Program-made: the position numbers and the translations under genes
Part shown: one piece after another, positions 37,614-47,647 of the stretch
Position numbering within the stretch: the first letter of the stretch is position 1
Layout of the letters: the number at the start of each line of letters is the position of its first letter
Assembly (NCBI GenBank): GCA_947178305.1
Contig: CAMWXV010000002.1
Span: forward strand, 16,676-80,675
DNA from: an uncultured Porphyromonadaceae bacterium
GTDB lineage: Bacteria > Bacteroidota > Bacteroidia > Bacteroidales > Muribaculaceae
DNA length: 64,000 bases
Direction of reading: 5' to 3'
Notes under the pieces: generated by a model
Told to the model about the DNA's origin: nothing
Database searches by the model: none
Seen by the model: the letters and a program-made list of their open reading frames with translations, nothing else

Positions 37614-38555
37614 TTATGGGCACGAAACCACAAACTTTGTCAGCACAAATCCGTGATCGGATGGATAGAAAAAGATATCCCCATTGAAAGAGAATTCTTT
37701 TGCCAAGCTATTGTCGTAACATTGTGATTCAACGGCCTGTATGGTTCGTCCTTGATAATAGATAAAATCAATGCGATCCATGCGCGACTCCGTTTCCAGC
37801 GAGTCTGCCTCAGTCAGCCATGTCACCCCTATATTTTTTACCGGATCAGGATTCATTTCGCGGAAACTGTCCTTGAATCCAGCATCCTGCATTGCCACTG
37901 ACACCGGCCAACGCACCACTGCACCGCCATGATTATAAAGCGATTTAGTGGCCTCTGTCCAATCAAGATGGGAGTGAATATTGAAATCACCACCCATAAT
38001 CACCGGTATGCTATCGGCCTGAGCCAGAACAGGATTTAATACCGAGATTATTCGTTTTATTTCATTCAATCGTGTACCCTCGGTTTCCCACGCCAAAATT
38101 TCAGATTCAGACCTATCTGTGGGCACCAACCGTGCATCGGGCAGATAATGCAGCCATGTGCCGAACACTCGCACCGGCGCACCTTCCACATCTATCTGCA
38201 CCCCACCAAAATTGAATGTATCAATGGAGTCAGGATACGCGTATGTATCCATTATAGGATAACGACTATAGATGCTGAGATTATCGGAAATCAAATGATA
38301 TTCATATCCCAAGGAGTCAGCCACCGTTGGTGCCGCCCCATATGTTTCCACCATGATAATCACATCGGCATTGCTTTGTTTCAAAATACCGATCGCTCCC
38401 TCACAACCCTGTTGCGGATAAGCCTTGGAATGCCCTCCATGCCATATGTTCCAGGCAAGGACTGTCAATTCTTTTTTGTTATCTTTCTTGGTTTCACATG
38501 ATGTGGCACACACCATTCCCAAGAACATCAAAAGTATAAATTTAAGGATTCTCAT
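37614..38555 (-). CDS. Endonuclease/exonuclease/phosphatase family lipoprotein
   Basis: Lipobox ATSC; WNIWHG, IMGGDFN, RIDFIY, YPSDH catalytic motifs. Confidence 0.9.
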   Translation of the reverse strand: MRILKFILLMFLGMVCATSCETKKDNKKELTVLAWNIWHGGHSKAYPQQGCEGAIGILKQSNADVIIMVETYGAAPTVADSLGYEYHLISDNLSIYSRYPIMDTYAYPDSIDTFNFGGVQIDVEGAPVRVFGTWLHYLPDARLVPTDRSESEILAWETEGTRLNEIKRIISVLNPVLAQADSIPVIMGGDFNIHSHLDWTEATKSLYNHGGAVVRWPVSVAMQDAGFKDSFREMNPDPVKNIGVTWLTEADSLETESRMDRIDFIYYQGRTIQAVESQCYDNSLAKEFSFNGDIFFYPSDHGFVLTKFVVSCP

Positions 38556-38574
38556 AGTTACTTCATGTCTATTG

Positions 38575-39144
38575 TCAGCGTATGCGTACGGATAATACAG
38601 TATCCGCATTCAATTTGGCCGAAAAATCAGCCCCGGGAGCGGGAATAAAAGACAACGGAAGATGACATGGCATTATGACATCTCCTATTTTAAGGGTCGT
38701 GAACTGGCTTAGCGCAGAAAGTGCATGGTCAACACCTATCTGCTCTGACGTAAGTTCAGCCGTAACACCAAAAGCCTCAATTATGGCAGGTTCAGAATCC
38801 AAAGGAACCGGAACCCATTTACCCATAGCCACACAATGGTCAAACACACCAACCATACCGGTAGGATGTAAACCATTATGCAAATTCTGCAATATATCTG
38901 TCGGCACTATCCGCAAAGCCAAAGTCACCGCATCATAGTAGCGTGGTGCAAATTTTGGTGTAATACTTTTGCCAAGACGTGACACTCTGTAGGCAGGATA
39001 AAGCATTGCGCTCCATCTATCAGTGAAATCCGGCAAAAACAGGGGCTTATCGGGCATCACAAGAGCTGAATCAACAACAATGTCAATACTCAGTGGCATC
39101 ACCACAGGCTCTCCCGGAGCTCTGTGAAAAGCTATGGTTTTCAT
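38575..39144 (-). CDS. Fumarylacetoacetate hydrolase family protein (degenerate active site)
   Basis: DSAL...KPLFLPDF, RLGKSI..KFA.RYYDAVT, TLKIGD. Confidence 0.75.
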   Translation of the reverse strand: MKTIAFHRAPGEPVVMPLSIDIVVDSALVMPDKPLFLPDFTDRWSAMLYPAYRVSRLGKSITPKFAPRYYDAVTLALRIVPTDILQNLHNGLHPTGMVGVFDHCVAMGKWVPVPLDSEPAIIEAFGVTAELTSEQIGVDHALSALSQFTTLKIGDVIMPCHLPLSFIPAPGADFSAKLNADTVLSVRIR

Positions 39145-39815
39145 ATAGGATAACGGTTTTGTAGGCTAAGCCTGTTGTACATCACAGCAAGATGGGCATA
39201 GATAGATGTGTCCTGAACCACAATTCCCGGTTGCACATGCAAACGACACGGAGCAAAATTCCATATGGCCTTGACACCGGCACGCACCAAAGTGTCGGCT
39301 GTGTCCTGAGCTTTGTCGGCAGGAACCGTCACCACACCTATTTCAGCATCAAGACGCCTCCGCCATTCATCAAGCTGCGATATATGGAGCACAGGCACAT
39401 TGCATATACGAGTACCCACAACCGAGGGGTTTATATCAAATCCGGCCTCTATATTAAGGCCGAAACGAGCCAAACCGCTATCGGCTATCAAAGCCGAACC
39501 AAGCGAGCCAACCCCCACAATAACAGCTCTGTGAACACGAGTGAATCCAAGAAAATTAATAAGAGTAGCTTCAAGAGAGGCCACATCGTAGCCTATGCGC
39601 GTTTTGCCACGCAATGATATATGAGACAAATCTTTAGCTATTTGCGAAGCATCCACACCTATAGCCTTGGAGATGGCTGTGGACGACACATACTCCACAC
39701 CTTTGACCCTTAGTTGCGACACATAGGCCAAATACCAAGGCAACCGGCTTAATGTTGGCTCGGGAAGCATCGCCTTGATAGTCTCAGGTGTATGAGAGTC
39801 GGAAGTTATATCCAT
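39141..39815 (-). CDS. rex: Redox-sensing transcriptional repressor Rex
   Basis: PEPTLSRLPWY, SQIAKDLS, G..GY, VGVGSLGSAL, AIWNFAP. Confidence 0.95.
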   Translation of the reverse strand: MDITSDSHTPETIKAMLPEPTLSRLPWYLAYVSQLRVKGVEYVSSTAISKAIGVDASQIAKDLSHISLRGKTRIGYDVASLEATLINFLGFTRVHRAVIVGVGSLGSALIADSGLARFGLNIEAGFDINPSVVGTRICNVPVLHISQLDEWRRRLDAEIGVVTVPADKAQDTADTLVRAGVKAIWNFAPCRLHVQPGIVVQDTSIYAHLAVMYNRLSLQNRYPI

Positions 39816-39821
39816 ATGCTA

Positions 39822-41891
39822 TTAATAAAATCTTGGGCGCATGGGGCGCGATAAAGAGCCGGTAGCCGACGGTTGCAATTGCTGATTCCCATCAAGGCGA
39901 GTGTTTCTGTTACCTCTACGGGATGGAGCACCGTTGCCAAAACCGTTGCCGAACATATCTTCGTCCTCATCGGAGTACTGTTGTTGCTCAGGCAGTTCAC
40001 CGGGCTTGGGCTTTGGTTTGTTCTTCTTGATTTCGGCAGGTTTCTGCAAATCCACAGGCTGCTCATTGATATTCCATTGCTGCTCCAAATCCCAATTCTT
40101 TTTGAGATTTATACGCTTGGGAAAATAGTATACGTCCTCAGGCATACGATTCAGAGTCAACGACCCCGGCGTGTATATACCGGAACTGTCCCGGTCGGCA
40201 AACAACCGTGCAAAATACTTGCCCGGGAGTACATAACGAAACACAGCCGTGCCATCTTCAACCTTTGCTTGCATCACAGGATTGTCTGCGGTAGAAAGCA
40301 ACTGCACTACCCCGGAACCTTGAAGACCGGTGATATGAAACAGTATGTTGGAATAATCTTCAACCTTACGCACCGTAAATTCATGTTTAAACGGCCCGTT
40401 ATGCTCTCCGTAAATATCGGTGACACCCAAGGAGTCTATGGTCAGATTGTATTTACCGCCAGGCTCCCAAGTATAATCCATGCGCATCTTCATGGGTTTG
40501 AGCGAATCCGGGAAATATATCACAGGAGGTTCAAGGTCAACCCACAGAGTGTCATCCTTGATTTGCAAATGCACGGCATCGGGATTGATTCTCGCTACCG
40601 GTTTGGCCGCACTAAGCAACAACGGATTAGGAATATCCTGCGTTGAACCGCCCTCCACCCGAATAGCAAGCAACGGAGTTTGCACAGGCGGTACGGAATC
40701 ACCCTTTTCTATGGCTTTGCGCCGTTTTTCATCAGCCTCTTTTTGTCGTTTCAATTCTGCGGCTCGCGTTTTGGAACCTCGCAGATTGAATTGCAACGTA
40801 TCTGTGGTCCAAGAAAGTTGATCCAACGTATCTGTACGCAGATAGCGCGCCTCCACAATGAGCGAATCTATATTGTAAACCATAGAATCCGTGAGCCAAT
40901 AATCTATCGTATCGCGTGTGGCCGATGAATTTACCACAGAGAACTCCTCGATCAGCTGACCTGCCCGCGGAGAGTTCAGCAGTCTCAGAACAGGGAACGT
41001 GTCGCTCGGCGCACCCATCTCTATGCTTATGATATTACGTTCGCGTCGGTCGTTCTTGACCATATATTGCGATTTATATTCTTCGTTGAACCATGTGAGC
41101 AACACATCGTTGGGCGAGAACTTGGTATGAGTCCGAACCACTATTGAATCACCCCCGGAAGAACTCTTAAGTGTGTCACGCGTGGTAACAGTCTCAGCCA
41201 TGGGCGTAATCTCTTCGGGATAAAAAGCAACATCCTCGGTACGATCCCATTTGTTGTCACGATTCTTGTCGTTAAGGGCAAAAATATGATACTGACCGGG
41301 CTTGAGATTGCGTAACGTAAACTGCCCCAGCTGATTTGTCTTTGTGATACGCTCCATGGGAAGCGTAGTGATGGCGGTGTCGCTAAGATTGGAGTACACA
41401 CCCACAATCATGCCCTGAGCCGGTTCAAGAGTAGCCGCCTCAAACACCATTCCCGAAATGCACAACGAATCAAGCGTGGAGCCGGTGGAGAAATCCAATG
41501 CAAATCCATCCAAAGGATTACCCTCGTTGAGATCGGCTATGGCATCGGTAAAATCTATAGTGTAAGTAACATCAGGAATCAAAGAGTCACGCAACTCCAC
41601 ATCTATATTCCTGCCGGAAGATGATATGGTAGGCGCCTCCTTTTGCACCGGCGACACAAGAATCTTGTTCATTGCATCAGCCACATTGACATTTTCATTG
41701 AATGTAACACGAATACGCTTTCGCGTCACATTCAACTCTCCGGGCGATGGGTTACTACTAACAAACACGGGTGGCTCAGTGTCTCGCGGACCACCTTCCG
41801 GTCTGCCCATGCTGGCACACGCCGACAACGCTATGGCAACAACCACAACGAGCAACGAGCGCATCCATAATATAGAAGCTTGTCTTTTCAC
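39822..41891 (-). CDS. Ig-like (Big_5) domain lipoprotein
   Basis: LSACASMGRPEGGPRDTEPP, TYTIDFTDAIADLNEGN; GTG start supported by TAACTTTG 7 nt upstream. Confidence 0.85.
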   Translation of the reverse strand: MKRQASILWMRSLLVVVVAIALSACASMGRPEGGPRDTEPPVFVSSNPSPGELNVTRKRIRVTFNENVNVADAMNKILVSPVQKEAPTISSSGRNIDVELRDSLIPDVTYTIDFTDAIADLNEGNPLDGFALDFSTGSTLDSLCISGMVFEAATLEPAQGMIVGVYSNLSDTAITTLPMERITKTNQLGQFTLRNLKPGQYHIFALNDKNRDNKWDRTEDVAFYPEEITPMAETVTTRDTLKSSSGGDSIVVRTHTKFSPNDVLLTWFNEEYKSQYMVKNDRRERNIISIEMGAPSDTFPVLRLLNSPRAGQLIEEFSVVNSSATRDTIDYWLTDSMVYNIDSLIVEARYLRTDTLDQLSWTTDTLQFNLRGSKTRAAELKRQKEADEKRRKAIEKGDSVPPVQTPLLAIRVEGGSTQDIPNPLLLSAAKPVARINPDAVHLQIKDDTLWVDLEPPVIYFPDSLKPMKMRMDYTWEPGGKYNLTIDSLGVTDIYGEHNGPFKHEFTVRKVEDYSNILFHITGLQGSGVVQLLSTADNPVMQAKVEDGTAVFRYVLPGKYFARLFADRDSSGIYTPGSLTLNRMPEDVYYFPKRINLKKNWDLEQQWNINEQPVDLQKPAEIKKNKPKPKPGELPEQQQYSDEDEDMFGNGFGNGAPSRRGNRNTRLDGNQQLQPSATGSLSRPMRPRFY

Positions 41892-42054
41892 TACGCTGCA
41901 AAGTTAATTTCTTTCCATGAAAAAAACAAACCGCACACGATCCCCCAAGCAAACCAAACCGTTAAAGATTAAAGACGGAATGAAATTTATGTCATGAACG
42001 GTTTATACAATATATTATTACAAAAAAATCTTGCAGCGGTTTTGCTAAAATCAG

Positions 42055-42062
42055 TATCTTTG
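42055..42062 (+). promoter_or_regulatory. Sigma-A -7 element (TATCTTTG), 5 nt before the TPR gene ATG
   Basis: TAnnTTTG with TTG about 21 nt upstream. Confidence 0.7.
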
Positions 42063-42067
42063 CAGCA

Positions 42068-45064
42068 ATGAAGAAACTACCTATTTTTATAGCTATTGCA
42101 GCTTCAGCCGCAATGGGTGTCACAAGAGCAAACGCGGGTGTAAATTCGCCCGATGCAGCGGGGTATATGACACGTGGCATAGCCATGTACAACGACCGCA
42201 ACTATGATGGCTGCCTTGACCAGCTGCTGCAACTGCGTCAACTCAACCCCACAGAAGCCCAGAGCGAGGATGCTCTCTACTACATAGCCATGAGCACGCT
42301 CTATTGCGGAGACGACGAAGCACTCGGGATGCTACAGACATTCGCGGAACTATATGGCGGTTCCACACGCATTCCACAGGTAATCGCCGCCATGGGCGAC
42401 TATCACTTCACCCGAGGCGCATACGGCTCCGCGCTCAAAGAGTACGCCAAGGTCAACCCCAAGACACTCAGCGGCGATATTCGCGACAACACGGAATATC
42501 GCACGGCCTACAGCCACATGATGCTGGGAGAGAACGATGCCGCATTACGCGAATTTGACTCATTGGCCAAACACGGTGGCAAGTATGGTGCCGCATCAAA
42601 ATTCTACATAGCCTACATACATTACAGCCAGGGCGATTATGCCACTGCACTCAAAGAATGGGAGGCCGTTGACACCTCAACCGAACCGGGATGTGCGGCA
42701 CCCTACTACATGAGCCAGATATACTTCATGCGCAGTGACTATGCCAAGGCCTCGTCTTTGGCACGGAGAGTACTGGCCGACGGACGTGTGCCACAGTTCT
42801 CTGCCGAAGCCAACAGAATTGCAGGCGAAAGCCTGTTCAACCTCGGCAAAAGAAATGACGCCCTGCCATTTTTGTGGCAATACGCGGCTCTGACACAAGA
42901 CCCCAAGCCAAGCGCATTCTATATGCTCGGTGTATCGGAATACGAACTCGGCCATTACGATGATGCCATACCCCTGTTGCAAAAGGCCGTGAACATGCCC
43001 GATGCCTTGGGACAAAGCGCATGCCTCTATCTTGGACAATGCTACGTGAAGCGCGGCAACACCGATGCCGCCTTGCTCCTGTTTGAGCGTGCCTACAAAA
43101 TGGATTGCGTGAACAGTGTTACCGAAACAGCATTCTACAATTATATTGTGGCACTGATGGACGGTGGCAGATCTCCGTTTGCCCGCACCGTGAATATGCT
43201 TGAGGAATTTCTCAACCGCTTCCCGGAATCCCAGTACTCCCCCGAAATACGCGAGCTTGCCCTCAACGGCTATCTGTCCGATCAGGACTACGCCAGCGTG
43301 TTACGCCTCACAAGCAACTCCACCGCGCAAAACAGCACAGTAGCCCGGCACGCTCGTCAACAGGCTCTATACATGCTTGGAAACCGTGATTACACAGCCG
43401 GCAAATACGCATCGGCATTAGACCTCTTCAACGAAGGAGCCACCATAAAAGGAGGCAACCGCGCATTGGCCGCACAATGTGTGCTAAGAGCCGCAGCGTG
43501 CCAGTATGATATGGGAGAATACTCACGTGCCAAAGCGAGCTACTCGTCATATATCAACTCGGCAGGTCGCGACAACGAGAACCTGCCATTGGCATATTAC
43601 GGTCTCGGATATGCACAATATATGCTTGAAGATTACAGCAACTCTTTGCAATCGTTTCTCAACGTGCGCAAAACAGCTCACTCCTCTGAAACAAGATTGC
43701 GTGTCGATGCCTCCAACCGTGCAGGCGACTGCGAATATATGCTGTCGCATTTCGGTCGCGCACAGGATTATTACGCCGAAGCCTACAGCATAGACCCTGC
43801 CACAGGCGACTACGCCATGTATCGTCAAGCTCTCATGAAAGGCTACGCACGCGACCACAAAGGTAAAATAGCGATGCTTGATGAGGTCATAAACCGATAT
43901 TCAACATCATCGCTCGTACCTGCAGCCATGCTTGAACAAGCCGAAGCATACGTGGCACTCGGACAAAACAACAACGCCATAACCACGTATCAGCAACTGG
44001 TACAGGCTTATCCGTCCACATCTCACGGACGCAACGGCTACTTGCAACTCGCCATAACACAAATGAGCGCCGGTGAACGCCGCAACGCGATCGAAACTTA
44101 TAAAAAGGTAATCTACACCTATCCGTCAAGCGAGGAAGCCAAAGTGGCCGTGGACGACCTCAAGCGCATTTATGCCGCCGACGGCCGCTTGGGTGAGTTG
44201 GCCGATTTTGTCAACTCAGTGCCCAATGCACCACACATAGAAAACTCAGAGCTTGATGCCTCGGCTTTCCTTGCCGCCGAAGAAGATTATATAGACCGCT
44301 CGTCAAGCAACAAACTGAAAGAATATCTTTCAGACTTCCCACACGGCACATACGAACCGCAGGCATTATATTACCTTGCAGAAAACGCCGTGGAGCATGG
44401 CAACAGCCGCGAGGCTCTGGAATATGCCACCCGCATAGTCATATCACACCCGCACAGCGAAGTAGCCGAAGATGCCATATTGATCAAAGCCAAGAGCGAA
44501 TTCGCTTTGAATAAAAAAGAGGTGGCATATGCATCGTATTCCAATCTTGAGGAGCGAGCCGCCGGTGCGCATACACTACAGGAAGCTCGTCTGGGCATGA
44601 TGCGCACAGCCATAGACTTGAAAATGTGGCAAGAAGCATTGCTCGCCACAGACAAGTTGCTCGGCACATCAGCCTCCGGAGGTGCATCGTTGAACGAAAT
44701 TGAATTCAACCGGGCATTAGCTCTTGACCGCACAGGCAACCACGACGATGCCTACAAAATATGGCAAGATCTGGCCAAGACTCCCGAAAGCGATTACGGT
44801 GCGATGAGTGCCGTATATCTCGGCGAAAGCCTGATGAAGCAGAACAAACTAAGCGAGGCATACACCACGGTCAACAATATGATCAACGCAGAACCAAGTA
44901 ATCAATACTGGCTGGCTCGCGCATTCATAACCCTCAGCGACATACTCCGCCTACAAGGACAGGTGTTTGAAGCCAATGAATATCTAAAGAGCCTGAAGAG
45001 CAATTATCCAGGTTCTGAATCCGACATATTTGAAATGATAGATACACGACTCAACAATGCATAA
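42068..45064 (+). CDS. Large exported tetratricopeptide repeat protein
   Basis: Signal peptide; many TPR-like helical pairs (AYYGLGYAQY, A...Y.....YP.S). Confidence 0.9.
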   Translation: MKKLPIFIAIAASAAMGVTRANAGVNSPDAAGYMTRGIAMYNDRNYDGCLDQLLQLRQLNPTEAQSEDALYYIAMSTLYCGDDEALGMLQTFAELYGGSTRIPQVIAAMGDYHFTRGAYGSALKEYAKVNPKTLSGDIRDNTEYRTAYSHMMLGENDAALREFDSLAKHGGKYGAASKFYIAYIHYSQGDYATALKEWEAVDTSTEPGCAAPYYMSQIYFMRSDYAKASSLARRVLADGRVPQFSAEANRIAGESLFNLGKRNDALPFLWQYAALTQDPKPSAFYMLGVSEYELGHYDDAIPLLQKAVNMPDALGQSACLYLGQCYVKRGNTDAALLLFERAYKMDCVNSVTETAFYNYIVALMDGGRSPFARTVNMLEEFLNRFPESQYSPEIRELALNGYLSDQDYASVLRLTSNSTAQNSTVARHARQQALYMLGNRDYTAGKYASALDLFNEGATIKGGNRALAAQCVLRAAACQYDMGEYSRAKASYSSYINSAGRDNENLPLAYYGLGYAQYMLEDYSNSLQSFLNVRKTAHSSETRLRVDASNRAGDCEYMLSHFGRAQDYYAEAYSIDPATGDYAMYRQALMKGYARDHKGKIAMLDEVINRYSTSSLVPAAMLEQAEAYVALGQNNNAITTYQQLVQAYPSTSHGRNGYLQLAITQMSAGERRNAIETYKKVIYTYPSSEEAKVAVDDLKRIYAADGRLGELADFVNSVPNAPHIENSELDASAFLAAEEDYIDRSSSNKLKEYLSDFPHGTYEPQALYYLAENAVEHGNSREALEYATRIVISHPHSEVAEDAILIKAKSEFALNKKEVAYASYSNLEERAAGAHTLQEARLGMMRTAIDLKMWQEALLATDKLLGTSASGGASLNEIEFNRALALDRTGNHDDAYKIWQDLAKTPESDYGAMSAVYLGESLMKQNKLSEAYTTVNNMINAEPSNQYWLARAFITLSDILRLQGQVFEANEYLKSLKSNYPGSESDIFEMIDTRLNNA

Positions 45065-46778
45065 ACTCCGTCATATATTCCTGCTTCTTGCCACTGCCGC
45101 AACCGTAAACGCCGGCGCTCAAGGGTTGCGCAAGGAAATCTCTGTGCAGCATGACATAGTGCCGGAGCAAACAGATGTAACCATGCTGCGGTTCACTCCA
45201 CGATTTGTAATGCCGCAACTACAGCGCCCAACGCTGGAATACAGCTCGCGCAGTGTATTTTCTGTCGTGCAACCCACCATCTCTGTTCTTGGACCGGCTG
45301 CTTGGGCCGATTCCATAGCCACATCATCCTATCGCGGATACGCCGTGCTCGGATTTGCCCCTTTGTACAATCTTAACGCTTCGGCGGGATACAAATTCAT
45401 TGACAACGACCGGACACGCCTCAACGCGTGGCTGCAATACAACGGCACCGCATACAAAGGACGCTACGGCAACTCACCTCTTGACGGACAATACCAGCGT
45501 CAAAACACAGTGACAGCCGCCGCAAGCCTGCATCACGCTTTGAACCAAGACAAATATCTGGATTTCGGGGTTGACTACACTTTCGGACGCTACTCCACTC
45601 CGGCTACAACAGACTCAACAGGGCGGCAACAGATGCACCGATTCAATTTCAGCGGACTGTTCTCTGGCAGCAACAGCACTCTGAGTTACAGTGCCGGAGC
45701 CGGAATAGGTATTTTCAACTACGCATTTTCTCCTTACTATGAAGTGGAAACAGAGCTTCCCGACGGTTCTTGGATTAACGAACGTCTACATCCGGCTCAC
45801 GAAACCAAACTGAATTTGCAAGGAGGTCTGTCTACAAAAATAACCGAACATCAACGCGCCGGAGTAAATCTGGACTTCAGTATGCTGAGCAATTCGCGTC
45901 ATTCACACACCGGATTCATGCGCGAAGAAATGGAGTATCGCACCTATGTCTCCGACCGCCATACCCACGCACTGCTCACATTCGCCCCTTACTACCGCTT
46001 ACGCATGAACGCAGTGGAACTTCATGCCGGGATCAAAGCACAGCTCACGTTCAATTCCGGCAAGGCGGTTCATGTGGCTCCGGATGTGAACCTGACATGG
46101 CGTCCCGCAAGTCAGTTGGCGATTTATGCCAAAGCCGGGGGAGGTGAATGGCAAAACACCCTGTCTTCGCTGTTTGATGTCAGCCCATACACCCTTGGCA
46201 GCATGGCGTTCAAGAACTCTCACATACCTGTGACCATAGAAGGCGGCCTCACATTCGGACCTCTCAAGGGAGCATCCGTTGAACTATCATGGCTCTACGC
46301 CGCCGCCAATGATTGGCTTATGCCTGTAACACTACCCGATGGCCCCACCATATTCACACCCACTAAGATGCGAGGTTACAAACTGCATGCAGGAGTAACA
46401 TACCAATACGGCACCACTGTGGAACTGCGAACCGCTTATGAAATGGCTCCGCAAGGTCCGTCACGCGGATTTTATCTGTGGCGCGACCGAGCTAAACATT
46501 CGTTTACCGCCAGCATCAAAATAACTCCGGTAACACCTCTTGACATATATGCCGGATGGGAATACCGCGGTGGTCGCACACAAATTTGTCCCCATACAGC
46601 AACGGAGCAGAATCTTGGATTCATATCCAATCTCCAGCTCGGCGGGCTTTATCGCATCTCATCACAATGGAGCGCATTTGTACGCGGAGAAAACCTGCTG
46701 TGCCGCCGGTATCTTATGATAGGCGGAGTTCCCGCTCAAGGCATCACAGGGCTGATAGGAGCCACTTACAAATTCTAA
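45057..46778 (+). CDS. Outer membrane beta-barrel protein (TonB-dependent receptor-like)
   Basis: Signal peptide, amphipathic strands, GENLL..RY, C-terminal GATYKF. Confidence 0.8.
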   Translation: MHKLRHIFLLLATAATVNAGAQGLRKEISVQHDIVPEQTDVTMLRFTPRFVMPQLQRPTLEYSSRSVFSVVQPTISVLGPAAWADSIATSSYRGYAVLGFAPLYNLNASAGYKFIDNDRTRLNAWLQYNGTAYKGRYGNSPLDGQYQRQNTVTAAASLHHALNQDKYLDFGVDYTFGRYSTPATTDSTGRQQMHRFNFSGLFSGSNSTLSYSAGAGIGIFNYAFSPYYEVETELPDGSWINERLHPAHETKLNLQGGLSTKITEHQRAGVNLDFSMLSNSRHSHTGFMREEMEYRTYVSDRHTHALLTFAPYYRLRMNAVELHAGIKAQLTFNSGKAVHVAPDVNLTWRPASQLAIYAKAGGGEWQNTLSSLFDVSPYTLGSMAFKNSHIPVTIEGGLTFGPLKGASVELSWLYAAANDWLMPVTLPDGPTIFTPTKMRGYKLHAGVTYQYGTTVELRTAYEMAPQGPSRGFYLWRDRAKHSFTASIKITPVTPLDIYAGWEYRGGRTQICPHTATEQNLGFISNLQLGGLYRISSQWSAFVRGENLLCRRYLMIGGVPAQGITGLIGATYKF

Positions 46779-46813
46779 CTCAGCCATAAGAACTCATACC
46801 CATAATCACCTAA

Positions 46814-46861
46814 ATGTATCGCAACATATATTCTAATATGTATCGCAACGCTCTTCTAAAC
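46814..46861 (+). repeat. Imperfect 24-bp tandem duplication at the GT2 start
   Basis: ATGTATCGCAAC at 46814 and 46838. Confidence 0.8.
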
Positions 46862-47647
46862 CCATTACCCGAACCGGATTTGAATGCGGATCCTTCCAAG
46901 GTGGACTCCATAGTACTGATTCCCACTTATAACGAGCGGGAAAATGTGGCCGCAATAATTGATGCGGTCATGAGACTGCCTCGCAGTTTCAATGTACTTA
47001 TCATTGACGACGGTTCTCCTGATGGCACAGCAACCATAGTACGAGAAAAAATGGAGCAGTGGCCTGAAAGAGTGCATTTGCTGGAACGCAAAGGCAAGTT
47101 GGGACTCGGCACAGCCTATATAGCCGGCTTCAAATGGGCATTGGAGAGAAAACAATACGAATATGTGTTTGAAATGGATGCTGATTTCTCACACAATCCG
47201 GCCGATTTGATATCGCTTTACGACGCTTGCGCCATGCAAGGAGCCGACGTGGCCATAGGCTCACGCTATGTCACCGGAGTGAATGTTGTCAACTGGCCTA
47301 TGGGACGTGTGCTTATGTCGTACTACGCCAGTGCTTATGTGCGCATAGTCACCGGAATGCCTGTGCGCGACACCACCGCCGGTTTCGTGTGCTACCGCCG
47401 CCGCGTGCTACAGGCCATGAACCTTGACGGCATACGCTTCAAGGGGTATGCATTCCAAATAGAGATGAAGTTTACGAGCTACAAGATGGGATTCAACATC
47501 AAAGAAGTGCCCATTGTGTTTGTAAACCGCGTGCTGGGTACCAGCAAAATGTCAAGCGGCATATTCAGCGAGGCGGTGTTTGGTGTGATACGTCTCAAAC
47601 TCGGTAGCCTCATAAAAAAATATCCTCGACATGACAAACAATACTGA
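46814..47647 (+). CDS. Polyprenol monophosphomannose synthase (GT2, DPM1-like)
   Basis: IPTYNERENV, IIDDGSPDGT, KLGLGTAY, EMDADFSH, GYAFQIEMK. Confidence 0.93.
   Translation: MYRNIYSNMYRNALLNPLPEPDLNADPSKVDSIVLIPTYNERENVAAIIDAVMRLPRSFNVLIIDDGSPDGTATIVREKMEQWPERVHLLERKGKLGLGTAYIAGFKWALERKQYEYVFEMDADFSHNPADLISLYDACAMQGADVAIGSRYVTGVNVVNWPMGRVLMSYYASAYVRIVTGMPVRDTTAGFVCYRRRVLQAMNLDGIRFKGYAFQIEMKFTSYKMGFNIKEVPIVFVNRVLGTSKMSSGIFSEAVFGVIRLKLGSLIKKYPRHDKQY

Noticed and set aside
46785-46795. CCATAAGAAC recurring after stop codons (also near 61719)
   Set aside because: Only two short copies, with no consistent structure or spacing.
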